Below are positions 26,536 through 36,900 of a stretch of 51,003 nucleotides of DNA, piece by piece. The stretch spans positions 1 to 51,003 of the forward strand of contig DASSBV010000036.1 of the NCBI GenBank assembly GCA_035698545.1, in the 5' to 3' direction. The notes beneath the pieces were generated by a model, which did not search any database, had not been told where the DNA came from, and saw nothing but the letters and a program-made list of their open reading frames with translations. The position numbers and the translations under genes were made by a program. Positions within the stretch are counted from its first letter, which is position 1, and every line of letters starts with the position of its first letter. The stretch comes from Gaiella sp. GTDB taxonomy: Bacteria; Actinomycetota; Thermoleophilia; Gaiellales; Gaiellaceae.

Positions 26536-27308
26536 TCGTCGCGCGCACGGTGGCCGACGTGCGGGACGCACTCGCCGGGCGGCGCGACGGGACGATCGGC
26601 CTCGTCCCGACGATGGGCTCCCTCCATCCGGGGCACCTCACGCTGCTCGAGGCTGCCCGCCGCGACTGCGACACGGTCGTGATGAGCCTGTTCGTCAACC
26701 CCGCGCAGTTCGGTGACGCGGCCGACCTGAACGGCTACCCGCGCGACGAGGCGCGCGACCTGGAGCTGGCGCGCGAGGCGGGCGTCGATGTCGCGTTCAT
26801 CCCGTCCATGGCAGAGCTCTATCCGCCGGGGTACCAGACCTGGGTGGACGTGACCGAGCTCGGCGCGATCCTCGAAGGTGTGCACCGGCAAGGGCACTTT
26901 CGCGGCGTCGCGACCGTCTGCCTCAAGCTCTTCACGATCGTGCGGCCCGACGTCGCCTACTTCGGCCAGAAGGACGCGCAGCAGGTCGAGGTGCTCCGGC
27001 GGATGATCGCCGACCTCCACCTGGAGCTCGGGCTCGCGGTGCTGCCCACGGTCCGCGACGCGGACGGTCTCGCGCTCTCGTCGCGGAACGTGCACCTCTC
27101 GGCCGACGAGCGCGCCAGGGCTCTGGCCCTACCCCGGGCGCTCGCCACCCACGATCCCGAGACCGCGCGCGCGATTCTCGAAGACGCCGGGCTCGCGGTC
27201 GACTACGTCGTGGTCGCGCCCTTCGACCCACCCGTCCTCGCCGCTGCCGTCCGCGCCGGCGACACCCGACTGATCGACAACGCCCCCCTGGAGGAAGACG
27301 AGTCATGA
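26532..27308 (+). CDS. panC: Pantoate--beta-alanine ligase
   Basis: VPTMGSLHPGH, FVNPAQF, HFRGVATV, FGQKDAQQ, GLALSSRN and RLIDN motifs. Confidence 0.95.
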   Translation: MIVARTVADVRDALAGRRDGTIGLVPTMGSLHPGHLTLLEAARRDCDTVVMSLFVNPAQFGDAADLNGYPRDEARDLELAREAGVDVAFIPSMAELYPPGYQTWVDVTELGAILEGVHRQGHFRGVATVCLKLFTIVRPDVAYFGQKDAQQVEVLRRMIADLHLELGLAVLPTVRDADGLALSSRNVHLSADERARALALPRALATHDPETARAILEDAGLAVDYVVVAPFDPPVLAAAVRAGDTRLIDNAPLEEDES

Positions 27309-28234
27309 GCACACGCCCACGCACCCCCGCACCCGGTACGCCGGCTCCGGGCAAGCTGCCCATCACCGAGCTTGCCTCGCTCGTCGAGCGGCGGCAGCCG
27401 ATCGTGATGATCACCGCCTACGACGCGCCGTCCGGCCGTCTCGCAGACGAGGCCGGCGCTGACCTGATCCTCGTCGGCGACTCGGCCGCGATGACCGTTC
27501 TCGGCCACGACTCGACCGTGCCCGCGACGATGGAGGAGATGCTCGTGCTGACCCGCGCCGTCACCCGTGGCGCGCGCCGTCCGCTCGTGATCGCCGACAT
27601 GCCCTTCGGGTCGTTCCAGGTCTCCGACGACACCGCCGTCGAGAACGCGATCCGGTTCGTGAAGGACGCAGGTGCGGACGCCGTCAAGCTCGAAGGCGCC
27701 GGGCCGACGCTGACTCGCGTCCGCGCGATCGTCGGCGCCGGGATCCCGGTGATGGGCCATATCGGGTTGACGCCGCAGTCCGCGACGATGCTCGGCGGCT
27801 TCAAGGCTCAGGGACGCACGGCCGACAAGGCCACCCGGCTGGTCGCCGACGCGCTCGCGCTCGAGGAGGCCGGCTGCTTCTCGATCGTGCTCGAGGCCGT
27901 GCCCGCGCCGGTCGCCGTCGAGGTGACGCGCCGCCTGCACATCCCGACGATCGGGATCGGCGCCGGAGGAGGAACCGACGGACAGGTCCTGGTCTGGCAC
28001 GACCTTCTCGGTCTGTACGACGGCCGGTCCCCGCGCTTCGTCAAGCGTTATGCCGACCTCGCGTCGACCATCCGCGACGCCGTGGCCGCGTACGCCGACG
28101 ACGTCCGCGAGCGCCGGTTCCCGGAGGATGTCCACACGTACGGCATGTCGGACGAGGAGCGCGCGGCCTTCGAGGCCGCCGTCCGCGCCGGCGAAGACGC
28201 GCGGGCGGAGCGTGGAGCCGCGAGACAACGCTAG
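27305..28234 (+). CDS. panB: 3-methyl-2-oxobutanoate hydroxymethyltransferase
   Basis: MITAYD, LVGDS, DMPFGS, AVKLEG, GHIGLTPQS and TIGIGAG..TDGQVLV motifs. Confidence 0.96.
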   Translation: MSTRPRTPAPGTPAPGKLPITELASLVERRQPIVMITAYDAPSGRLADEAGADLILVGDSAAMTVLGHDSTVPATMEEMLVLTRAVTRGARRPLVIADMPFGSFQVSDDTAVENAIRFVKDAGADAVKLEGAGPTLTRVRAIVGAGIPVMGHIGLTPQSATMLGGFKAQGRTADKATRLVADALALEEAGCFSIVLEAVPAPVAVEVTRRLHIPTIGIGAGGGTDGQVLVWHDLLGLYDGRSPRFVKRYADLASTIRDAVAAYADDVRERRFPEDVHTYGMSDEERAAFEAAVRAGEDARAERGAARQR

Positions 28235-28253
28235 TTACAACTTGTAACTAGCT

Positions 28254-28289
28254 CTCTGAGCGCGCGGCTCGGAGCCGCCACGCTCAGAG
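28254..28289. terminator. Hairpin between convergent panB and Yip1-like genes
   Basis: CTCTGAGCG-c-GCGGCTC-g-GAGCCGC-ca-CGCTCAGAG. Confidence 0.5.
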
Positions 28290-28979
28290 GACGCTCGGCA
28301 GCACGGCGAACGCAGCCACGAGCACGCCGGCGAGCAGGAGCGCGCCGAGGACGCCCCGCCACGGGAGGCGGAACGTCGTGCGCAGCCCGAGCGCGACCAG
28401 CACCGCCGACCACGCGACGAAGGCGAGGCCGATCGCAGTCACGACCGCCCGTCCCGACCCCTCGTCGGAGCCACCTGTCCGGAACCAGTCTGAGCCGAAG
28501 GCGATCGCGATCGTGGGCACGAGCACGACGAAGGCGAGCGCGAGCGGGAACGCCGCGAACGCGACGATCTGCCGTGCGATCTTGAAGGGTGTCTCGACCC
28601 CTACGGCCTTCGCGCCGAGCCAGAGCGCGAGACCGAGCAGGAAGTAGCCCGCCGCCCCGTAGAAGAGGCCGCCGACGAAGGTGACGACGACGAGCACGAG
28701 CGTGTCGACGGTGGAGTCGTCCATCACCGTCCCCCACGCGGGCGTGAGCATCACGCACGCCATCCCGGCGAGGATCGTGATCAGGAGCACCGGCTCCGAG
28801 CGCGCGTCGACGTCGGCGTCGTCGGTCTCTGCGAGGGCCGCGAACACCGTCCGGGGCTCGGTCACCACCTTCGGCACGCGTCGCCACCACTCGCGGCTCG
28901 CGGCCTCCCCGGCGATCGCCCGCTCCGCGCCGAGCCGATCGGCGCGCTCCACGGGCTTGACGGGATGGTGCTCGCTCAC
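28284..28979 (-). CDS. Yip1-domain-like membrane protein
   Basis: VVTEPRTVF near the N-terminus followed by about 5 TM segments. GTGA overlap with the upstream oxidoreductase. Confidence 0.6.
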   Translation of the reverse strand: MSEHHPVKPVERADRLGAERAIAGEAASREWWRRVPKVVTEPRTVFAALAETDDADVDARSEPVLLITILAGMACVMLTPAWGTVMDDSTVDTLVLVVVTFVGGLFYGAAGYFLLGLALWLGAKAVGVETPFKIARQIVAFAAFPLALAFVVLVPTIAIAFGSDWFRTGGSDEGSGRAVVTAIGLAFVAWSAVLVALGLRTTFRLPWRGVLGALLLAGVLVAAFAVLPSVL

Positions 28980-30361
28980 ACCCCGAGGGTAGCCTCGCGG
29001 ACGAGGCGATCCGCCACCTGCTTCGCCGCGACGCGCAGCTCCGGCACCGCCGTGTGCTCCCAGAACCGGCCTTTGCGCAACGGACCGAGGAGCGTCAGGC
29101 GTTCGCCCGCGCACCCGTCGGCGGCCACGAGCCGGCCGTCGTCGTCCGCGTCGAGCCCGAGCCCGAGCTCATCGGGCCGGATCAGGCCGTCGCGCCGGAG
29201 CGAAGCGACGAGTGGGTCTCGCACGCGGGTGAGGTCGGTGTCCGGACCCGTGCAGTTGATCACCTTGCCGAGCCGCAGGGTCTCGCTCGACGACGAGCCA
29301 CGCCGCCGGATCGACGCGACGATGCCTCCGTCCTCCTCGGCGAGCGACTCGAGGGCCCCGACGACGAGCTCCAGCCTGCCCGTCTCGACCAACTCCTCGA
29401 TCGCGTGCGCGGCCTCCGGTGACGAGCGGTGACGATGGGTCTCCCAGTACGGCCGCGCGTGACGGAGGAAGCGTCGCCGCTCCTCCATGTCGAGGCGCTG
29501 CCAGAGCGCAGGCGTGTCCGCACGGATCGAGGTGACGACCTCGCGCCAGTCGACGTCTTCCCCCGCGCGCTCCCGCACCTCACGCCGGAGCCCTCGCAGC
29601 AGGCCGACGGCGGACGACGGCCACGTTTCGAGCGTCGCCGGGGGGTCGAGATGCGGCGGCGGCTTCGCCGAGAGGCGGTGGGGATGCGGCAGGAGCCCGC
29701 GCCGCGAGATCGCGAAGATCCGCCCCTGCTGGTCGGCGTCGCGAAGCGCGAGCGCGACGTCGCACATTGTCAGGCCCGTGCCGACGAGCAGGACGTCCTC
29801 GCGGCGGTCGAGCTCGAGCGCGTCGCCCGCCCACGGGTCGCGCGCGTAGCGGATGCTCGAGAACACGGCCTCGTCGCCGACCAGGGGGTCGGAGGGCGGG
29901 TAGTTCCCGATCGCGAGGACGGCGTGGCCGACCGGGAGCCGCCGTCCGTCCGCGAGCGTCAGAAGGAGATCGTCGGCTGCCTCCGCGACGGAGACGACCT
30001 CGCCCGCGACCCGGACGAGCGGGAGCGTCGACGTGCGCCGCGCCTCGTCGAGTGCGTCCGCGAGGTACTCGCCGTACAGCTTGCGAGGGACGAACGAGCC
30101 ACCGGTGAGCGCGGGCTCGCGCCGCCGGACGAAGCGGAGGAAGCCGTCGGGATCGTCCTCGAAGGCGCTCATCCGCCCCACGGGCACGTTCAGGGTGTGG
30201 CTGGCCGACTGCGTGCGGTAGGCGACGCCACCGAGCCGCCCCTCGACGCGCTCTACGAGGTACAGCCGCTCGAGCCCGGGCGGGGCCGCGCGCAGGAGAT
30301 GGACGGCAAGCGTCGTCCCGCTGAACCCCGCTCCGACGATCGCTATGGTGCGGCCGCTCAT
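28976..30361 (-). CDS. FAD/NAD(P)-binding protein (YdhS-like)
   Basis: IVGAGFSG, GGVAY, LNVPVGRMSAF, VPRKLYGEYL, GTGLTMCD, SRRGLLP, INCTGP and EHTAVPELR motifs. Confidence 0.82.
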   Translation of the reverse strand: MSGRTIAIVGAGFSGTTLAVHLLRAAPPGLERLYLVERVEGRLGGVAYRTQSASHTLNVPVGRMSAFEDDPDGFLRFVRRREPALTGGSFVPRKLYGEYLADALDEARRTSTLPLVRVAGEVVSVAEAADDLLLTLADGRRLPVGHAVLAIGNYPPSDPLVGDEAVFSSIRYARDPWAGDALELDRREDVLLVGTGLTMCDVALALRDADQQGRIFAISRRGLLPHPHRLSAKPPPHLDPPATLETWPSSAVGLLRGLRREVRERAGEDVDWREVVTSIRADTPALWQRLDMEERRRFLRHARPYWETHRHRSSPEAAHAIEELVETGRLELVVGALESLAEEDGGIVASIRRRGSSSSETLRLGKVINCTGPDTDLTRVRDPLVASLRRDGLIRPDELGLGLDADDDGRLVAADGCAGERLTLLGPLRKGRFWEHTAVPELRVAAKQVADRLVREATLGV

Positions 30362-30412
30362 GGTGCCGGGAGGCTAGATGCGCGCCGCGGTTTCCGAGAT
30401 AGTGAGGCGATC

Positions 30413-33400
30413 GTGGACGTGACGTGCGGGACCTGCGGCCAGGTCAACGAGTCGGGGAGAAAGTTCTGCGGCGAATGCGGCTCGCCGCTCGCCGTCGCGT
30501 GCGGGAGCTGCGGCACGCCGAACGCGCCAGGCGCGAAGTTCTGCGGCGAGTGTGGGGCTCCGCTCGCTGCGCTCGCGGAGCCTAGGACTGAGACGACGGC
30601 CGCACAACCGCAAGCCGAGCGACGGCTCGTGTCTGTGCTGTTCGCGGATCTCGTCGGGTTCACCGCCGCGTCCGAAGGCCGGGATGCCGAGGACACACGC
30701 GAGCTCCTGACCCGCTACTTCGACCTCGCCCGTACGACGATCGAGCGCTACGGCGGGACGGTGGAGAAGTTCATCGGCGACGCGGTGATGGCGCTCTGGG
30801 GCGCGCCGGTCGCGCACGAGGACGACGCTGAGCGCGCCGTTCGCGCCGCGCTCGACCTCGTCGGCGCGATCCCGACGCTCGACGCGAGCCTCCGTGTCCG
30901 CGCGGGGGTACTCAGCGGCGAGGCGGCCGTAACGCTCGGCGCCGAGGGACAGGGGATGGTCGCCGGGGACCTCGTGAACACCGCGTCTCGGATCCAGTCG
31001 GCCGCCGAGCCCGGCACGGTGCTGGTCGGGGACGCGACGAAGCGCGCGTCCGAGGCGTCGATCGCCTACGACGACGCCGGCGAGCACGTGCTGAAAGGCA
31101 AGGCGGAGCCGCTCCGGCTGTGGCGAGCGCTGCGCGTCGTCGCGGGCGCGCGCGGCTCGCTCCGTTCATCCGGGCTCGAGGCGCCGTTCGTCGGGCGCGA
31201 CCGGGAGCTGCGGCTCGTCAGGGAGCACTTTCACGCGTCCGCCGACGAGGGCCGCGCGCAGCTCGTGCTCGTGAACGGCATTCCAGGGATCGGCAAGTCA
31301 CGGCTCGCCTGGGAGTTCGAGAAGTACGTCGACGGCCTCGCCGTCGAGACGTTCTGGCACCGTGGACGCTGCCTCTCGTACGGAGACGGCGTCGCGTACT
31401 GGGCACTGGCCGAGATGGTGCGCATGCGCTGCGGGATCGCCGAGGAGGAGGAGCCGGCCGGAGCCCGGGAGAAGCTCGATCTCGCCCTGTCCGAGTACAT
31501 CCTGGACGCCGACGAGCGGGCCTGGGTGGAGCCGCGCCTCGCGCACCTCCTCGGCCTCGAGGACGGCGCCCCGGGCGACCAGGAGAATCTCTTCTCCGCC
31601 TGGCGGATCCTCTTCGAGCGGCTCGCCGAGGAGTCGCCGACCGTCCTGGTGTTCGAGGACATCCAGTGGGCGGATGCCGGTCTCCTCGACTTCCTCGAGT
31701 ACCTGCTCGACTGGTCGAGGGGCCACCCGCTGTTCGTCCTCGCGCTGACACGACCGGAGTTCGCGGACAAGCGTCCGAGCTGGGGCGCGGGTCAGCGCGG
31801 CTTCACCCCGCTCTACCTCGAGCCGCTTCCGCCGGACGCGATGGAGAGCCTCCTCGCAGGGCTCGTGCCCGGCCTGCCCCATGACCTCCGGACGCGGATC
31901 CTGGAGCGCGCCGAAGGCGTGCCGCTGTACGCGGTCGAGACGGTGCGCATGCTGCTCGATCGCGGGGCCCTCGCCCGCGAGGGGAACGTCTTCCGGCCCG
32001 TCGGCTCCGTCGAGCAGCTCGAGGTGCCCGAGACGCTGCACGCGCTCGTCGCCGCGCGGCTCGACGCCCTCAGCGCGGCCGAACGCCGCCTCGTGGAGGA
32101 CGGCGCCGTGCTCGGCAAGACGTTCACGAAGCAGGGCCTTTCCGTGCTGACGGGTCTCGCCGAGGGCGAGCTCGAGCCGCTGCTCGCGAGCCTGCTCCGC
32201 AAGGAGATCCTCTCTGTGCAGGCCGATCCTCGCTCGCCCGAGCGCGGCCAGTACGCGTTCCTCCAGGACATCGTCAAACGGGTCGCCTACGAGACGCTGT
32301 CGCTGCGCGAGCGGAAGTCGAAGCACCTCGCAGCGGCGGGGTTCCTCGAGGGCGTCTCGGGCGAGGAGGACGAGTTCATCGAGGTCGTGGCGGCGCACTA
32401 TGTCGACGCTCTGCAGGCCGACCCGGACGCGGCGGACGCCGGCGAGATCCGTGAGACGGCGCGGGAGATGCTCGTGCGCGCAGGAGAGCGGGCCGCGTCG
32501 CTCGGAGCCGACGCCGAGGCACAGCGCTCCTACCTGCGGGCCGCGGCCCTGTGTGACGATCCGCCGGTCGAGGCGGAGCTCTACGAGCGGGCGGGGGCGA
32601 TGGCCCGCGTCGGGGCACGCATCGAGGAGTCGCTTCCGCACTTCGAGCGCGCGATCGCGCTGTTCGAGGCGGCGGGCGAGCGCCACGCGGTCGCACGGGT
32701 TCAGGCACGGCTCGCCGAGGCGGAGTGGGACCTCGGCCGGATCGAGGACGGGCTCGAACGGATGAACCGCTCGTTCGAGCTCCTCTCGAGCGAGGAGCCA
32801 GACGCCGACGTCGCCATGCTGGCCGCGCAGCTCGGTCGCTTCCTGTTCTTCAACGGGCAGCCGGAGCTCGCCCTCCAACGCGTCGAGTCGGCCCTCGCCA
32901 TGGCGGAGAGCCTCCAGCTGCCGGAGGTGCTGGCGCAGGCGCTGACGACGAAGGGGGTCATTCTCCTGTCGAGGCATCGGCGCACGGAGGGCATCGCGCT
33001 GCTCCGGTTCGCCATCGAGACCGCGCTCGAGCACGACAAGCCGTCGACGGCGCTTCGAGCGTCGTTCAACCTCGCCGACTCCCTCGGTCAGGTCAATCGC
33101 TTCGTAGAAGGCGCCGAGACGGTGCGCGCCGGTCTCGACCAGGCCCGCCGCGTCGGGAACCGGTACTGGGAGATCTCGTTCCTGGGACAGCTCTACCCGT
33201 TCCTCGCGCTCGGCGAGTGGGACGAGGCGCTCGCGATGGCCGCCCAGCTGCCGATCGACGACTGGGCGAGCTTCCGGCAGGCGTTCGCCACCATGCCGCT
33301 CGTCGAGGCGACCGTGCTCGGACATCGCGGAGAGGTCGACCGCGTCCACGAGACGCTGGCGCGCTTCGAGGACATGAGCAGCTCGGGCGACGAGCAGGAG

Positions 33401-33916
33401 CGCTCCGCGTACCACTCCGGCCTCGCCCGGTTCCAGCTCGCGAGTGGAAACCTCGCGGAGGCGCTCGCCGCCGCAGAGGATGCGTTTGCCTCGCACGTCC
33501 ATTTCGGGTTCGGCGCGGAGCAGATCAAGGAGGCGTTCGCGACGGCCGGGGAGGCCGCGCTCCGGCTCGGCGACGTCGCGAAGGCGGCCGAGCTCGTCGC
33601 GGTCGTCGACGCGCTGCCTCCCGGTGCCACAAACCTGTTCATGCAGGCCCACGGCAGCCGGTTCCGCGCCCACCTCGTCGCGGAGAACGACCCGGCCGAG
33701 GCCGATCGCCTGTTCCGGCGTTCGGCCGCGCACTTTCGCGAGCTGAGCGCGCCCTTCCCGCTCGCCGTCGTGCAAACGGAGCATGCCGAGATGCTGCTCG
33801 CCGGCGGGGGCGACGTGGACGAGCTCGTCGCCGAGGCCGGCCCGGTCTTCGAGCGTCTCGAAGCACAGCCGTGGCTCGAGCGTCTCGCCCGGCTGGGCAC
33901 AGGGGTCACGGCATGA
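30413..33916 (+). CDS. Double zinc ribbon + class III nucleotide cyclase + STAND/AAA ATPase + TPR protein (paralog 1)
   Basis: Four CxxC; LFADLVGFT, EKFIGDAVM and GDLVNTASR; Walker A GIPGIGKS; Walker B LVFEDIQW; helical repeat C-terminus. Start GTG30413 or GTG30419. Confidence 0.88.
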   Translation: MDVTCGTCGQVNESGRKFCGECGSPLAVACGSCGTPNAPGAKFCGECGAPLAALAEPRTETTAAQPQAERRLVSVLFADLVGFTAASEGRDAEDTRELLTRYFDLARTTIERYGGTVEKFIGDAVMALWGAPVAHEDDAERAVRAALDLVGAIPTLDASLRVRAGVLSGEAAVTLGAEGQGMVAGDLVNTASRIQSAAEPGTVLVGDATKRASEASIAYDDAGEHVLKGKAEPLRLWRALRVVAGARGSLRSSGLEAPFVGRDRELRLVREHFHASADEGRAQLVLVNGIPGIGKSRLAWEFEKYVDGLAVETFWHRGRCLSYGDGVAYWALAEMVRMRCGIAEEEEPAGAREKLDLALSEYILDADERAWVEPRLAHLLGLEDGAPGDQENLFSAWRILFERLAEESPTVLVFEDIQWADAGLLDFLEYLLDWSRGHPLFVLALTRPEFADKRPSWGAGQRGFTPLYLEPLPPDAMESLLAGLVPGLPHDLRTRILERAEGVPLYAVETVRMLLDRGALAREGNVFRPVGSVEQLEVPETLHALVAARLDALSAAERRLVEDGAVLGKTFTKQGLSVLTGLAEGELEPLLASLLRKEILSVQADPRSPERGQYAFLQDIVKRVAYETLSLRERKSKHLAAAGFLEGVSGEEDEFIEVVAAHYVDALQADPDAADAGEIRETAREMLVRAGERAASLGADAEAQRSYLRAAALCDDPPVEAELYERAGAMARVGARIEESLPHFERAIALFEAAGERHAVARVQARLAEAEWDLGRIEDGLERMNRSFELLSSEEPDADVAMLAAQLGRFLFFNGQPELALQRVESALAMAESLQLPEVLAQALTTKGVILLSRHRRTEGIALLRFAIETALEHDKPSTALRASFNLADSLGQVNRFVEGAETVRAGLDQARRVGNRYWEISFLGQLYPFLALGEWDEALAMAAQLPIDDWASFRQAFATMPLVEATVLGHRGEVDRVHETLARFEDMSSSGDEQERSAYHSGLARFQLASGNLAEALAAAEDAFASHVHFGFGAEQIKEAFATAGEAALRLGDVAKAAELVAVVDALPPGATNLFMQAHGSRFRAHLVAENDPAEADRLFRRSAAHFRELSAPFPLAVVQTEHAEMLLAGGGDVDELVAEAGPVFERLEAQPWLERLARLGTGVTA

Positions 33917-36900
33917 CCTGCGCGGCCTGCGGCGCCGAGAACCGCGAGGGGCGCAAGTTCTGCGCCGAGTGCGGGTCGGCCCTGACGGCCGGGTGCCCGG
34001 CGTGCGGTGCGGCGAACGAGCCTGGCGAGAAGTTCTGCGGTGAATGCGGGGCGGCGCTTGTTTCGCCAGCGCCGCCTACGAGTATCTCGGACAATGCACA
34101 GCCGCGAGCGGAGCGGCGGCTGGTCAGCGTGCTGTTCGCCGATCTCGTCGGATTCACGTCCGCGTCGGAGGGGCGGGATGCCGAGGACACGCGCGAGCTC
34201 CTGACCCGCTACTTCGACACCGCCCGCACGACGATCGAGCGCTACGGCGGGACGGTGGAGAAGTTCATCGGCGACGCCGTGATGGCGGTCTGGGGCGCGC
34301 CGGTCGCCAACGAGGACGACGCCGAGCGGGCCGTGCGGGCCGCGCTCGAGCTCGTCGCGGCGATTCCCGCGCTCGATCCCGCGCTGCAAGCTCGCGCCGG
34401 GGTCCTGACGGGCGAGGCTGCCGTCACGCTCGGCGCGACCGACCAGGGGATGGTCGCGGGCGACCTCGTCAACACGGCATCCCGGATCCAGTCCGCGGCC
34501 GAGCCCGGCACCGTGCTCGTGGGGGAAGCCACCCGCCGCGCGTCCGAGGCGGCCATCGCCTACACGTCCGCCGGTCAGCACGAGCTGAAGGGCAAGGAAC
34601 AGCCCGTGTCGCTCTGGCAGGCGTTGCGCGTCTCGGCCCAGCGTCGCGGGGAGGGCCGCGCGGTGGGGCTCGAAGCGCCGTTCGTCGGCCGCGACCGCGA
34701 GCTGCGGGTCGTCAAGGATCTCTTTCACGCGAGCGCCGACGAGCAGCGCGCGCGGCTCGTGTCCGTGGTCGGCGCGGCGGGGATCGGCAAGTCACGGCTC
34801 TCGTGGGAGCTCGAGAAGTACATCGACGGGCTGGCGGCGGATATCTGGTGGCACCGCGGGCGCTGCCTCTCCTACGGCGACGGCGTCGCATACTGGGCGC
34901 TCGCCGAGATGATTCGTAGCCGGGCGAAGATCGCCGAGCACGAGGACGCGTCGACCGCGACAGACAAGCTCCGCGCGACGCTCGACGCGCATCTCGCCGA
35001 CCCCGAGGAGCGTGCCTGGATCGAGCCTCGTCTTCTGCAGTTGCTCGGCCTCGCGGAACGGAGCGCCCCCGATCGCGAGGACCTGTTCGCCGCCTGGCGG
35101 CGCTTCTTCGAGCGTCTCGCCGAGCAGGGACCGCTCGTGATGGTGTTCGAGGACATCCACTGGGCGGACGAGGGTCTCGTCGCGTTCGTCGAGTACCTCC
35201 TCGACTGGGGGCGCCATCACCCGATCTTCGTGCTCACCCTCGCCCGGCCGGAGATCGCCGACCGGCACCCGGCGTTCCCGGGGGCGACCCGAAGCGCGAC
35301 CACGCTCCCGCTGGAGCCGCTCGGTGACGACGCGATGGACGCGCTCCTGCTCGGGCTCGTCCCGGGATTGCCCGACGACGTGCGCGGTCGGCTGCGGGTC
35401 GCCGCGGAGGGGATCCCGCTCTATGCCGTCGAGACGGTGCGGATGCTACGTGACCACGGTCTCCTCACCGAGACCGAGGGGGCAGGGATCGTGGCGGGGG
35501 ACCTGTCCTCGTTCGAGGTGCCCGAGACGCTGCACGCACTGATCGCCTCGAGACTGGACACGGTGTCGGACGACGAACGGAGCCTCCTACAGGACGCGTC
35601 CGTGCTTGGCAAGACGTTCACGCGGAGCGGGCTCGCCGCCCTTTCCGGGCGCACGGAAGATGAGATCGAGCCGCTCGTCTCGAGCCTCCTCCGCAAGGAG
35701 CTGCTCGCAGTCGACACCGATCCCTTCTCGCCCGAGCGCGGTCAGCTCGGCTTCCTTCAGGCGCTCGTGCAGCGCGTGACGTACGACACCATCGCGCGGC
35801 GCGACCGCCGCCGCCGACATCTCGCCGCCGCGCGCTTTTTGGCCACCGACGCGGGCATCGACCCGGACGAGATCGCGGAGGTGATCGCGACGCACTACCT
35901 CGACGCGCACGACGCCGACCCTGCGGCCGCCGACGGCGAGGACGTGCGCGCAGAGGCACGCCGATGGTTCACCCGCGCGGCCGAGCGCGCGGCGTCGCTG
36001 GCCGCGTCCCTGGAAGCGCAACGCGCGTTCGAGCGGGCGGCCGAGCTCGCCCCCGAAGAGCTCGATCGTGGTCGCTCGCTCGCGCGTGCGGGCGAGCTCG
36101 CCGTCGCGGGCGGGAGGCTGGACGAGGCCGCGCCGCTCCTGGAGCAGGCGATCGCGATCCTCACGGAGGCGGGCGTGCCCGCGGAGGCGGCCGGCGCACA
36201 GGTGCGGCTCGGCGAGCTGCTCTTCGTCTCGAACCGCATCGAGGAAGGGGTCGCGCTGCTCGAGAGCGCGCTCGAGGCTCACGAGCACGTGGCCGACGAG
36301 CCGGCGATCGCCGCCGTGTCGGCCGAGCTCGCACGGTTGCTGTTCTTCGAGGGCCGCAGCCTGGAGGCCACGCCCCACGTCGAGCGGTCGCTCGATCTCG
36401 CGGAACGACTCCGCCTGTCGTCCGTCGTCGTCCAGGCGTTGATCAACAAGGGCCTCCTGCTCAATCGCCGGCCGAACGAGAGTGTCGCGCTGATCAGACA
36501 GGCGCTCGTGCTGGCGGAGGAGTCGGGCGACGAGCGGGGCGCCCTTCGCGCCTGCATGAACCTCTCGTATCGCCTCTCGATCGCCGGGCGGAACCAAGAG
36601 GCCGAACAGGTGGTCGAGCACGGGATCGCGATCGCACGCCGCCGGGGCGACCGGACGTGGGAGCGAAGCCTGACGACGAATCTCGTCAGCTGCTACGTGA
36701 GCTCGGGACGCTGGGACGACGCCGAGCGCGTCGTCGACGAGCTGCCGGAGGAGGGTGCGATCGCGACAGATCCCGTTCAGGCCTCGATGATCCTCGATCT
36801 CGCGCAGATAGCACTCCACCGGGGCGATCTCGAGCGCGTGCGAGCGATCGCATCGGGATACGCAGCCTGGGAGGAGACTGCGTACCTGCAGGCGGCGGGC

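Noticed and set aside
29429-30412. N-terminal extension of cyclase paralog 1 (and 32725..33912 for paralog 2)
   Set aside because: These overlap real genes on the opposite strand or in another frame. Homology between the paralogs starts at the zinc ribbon.
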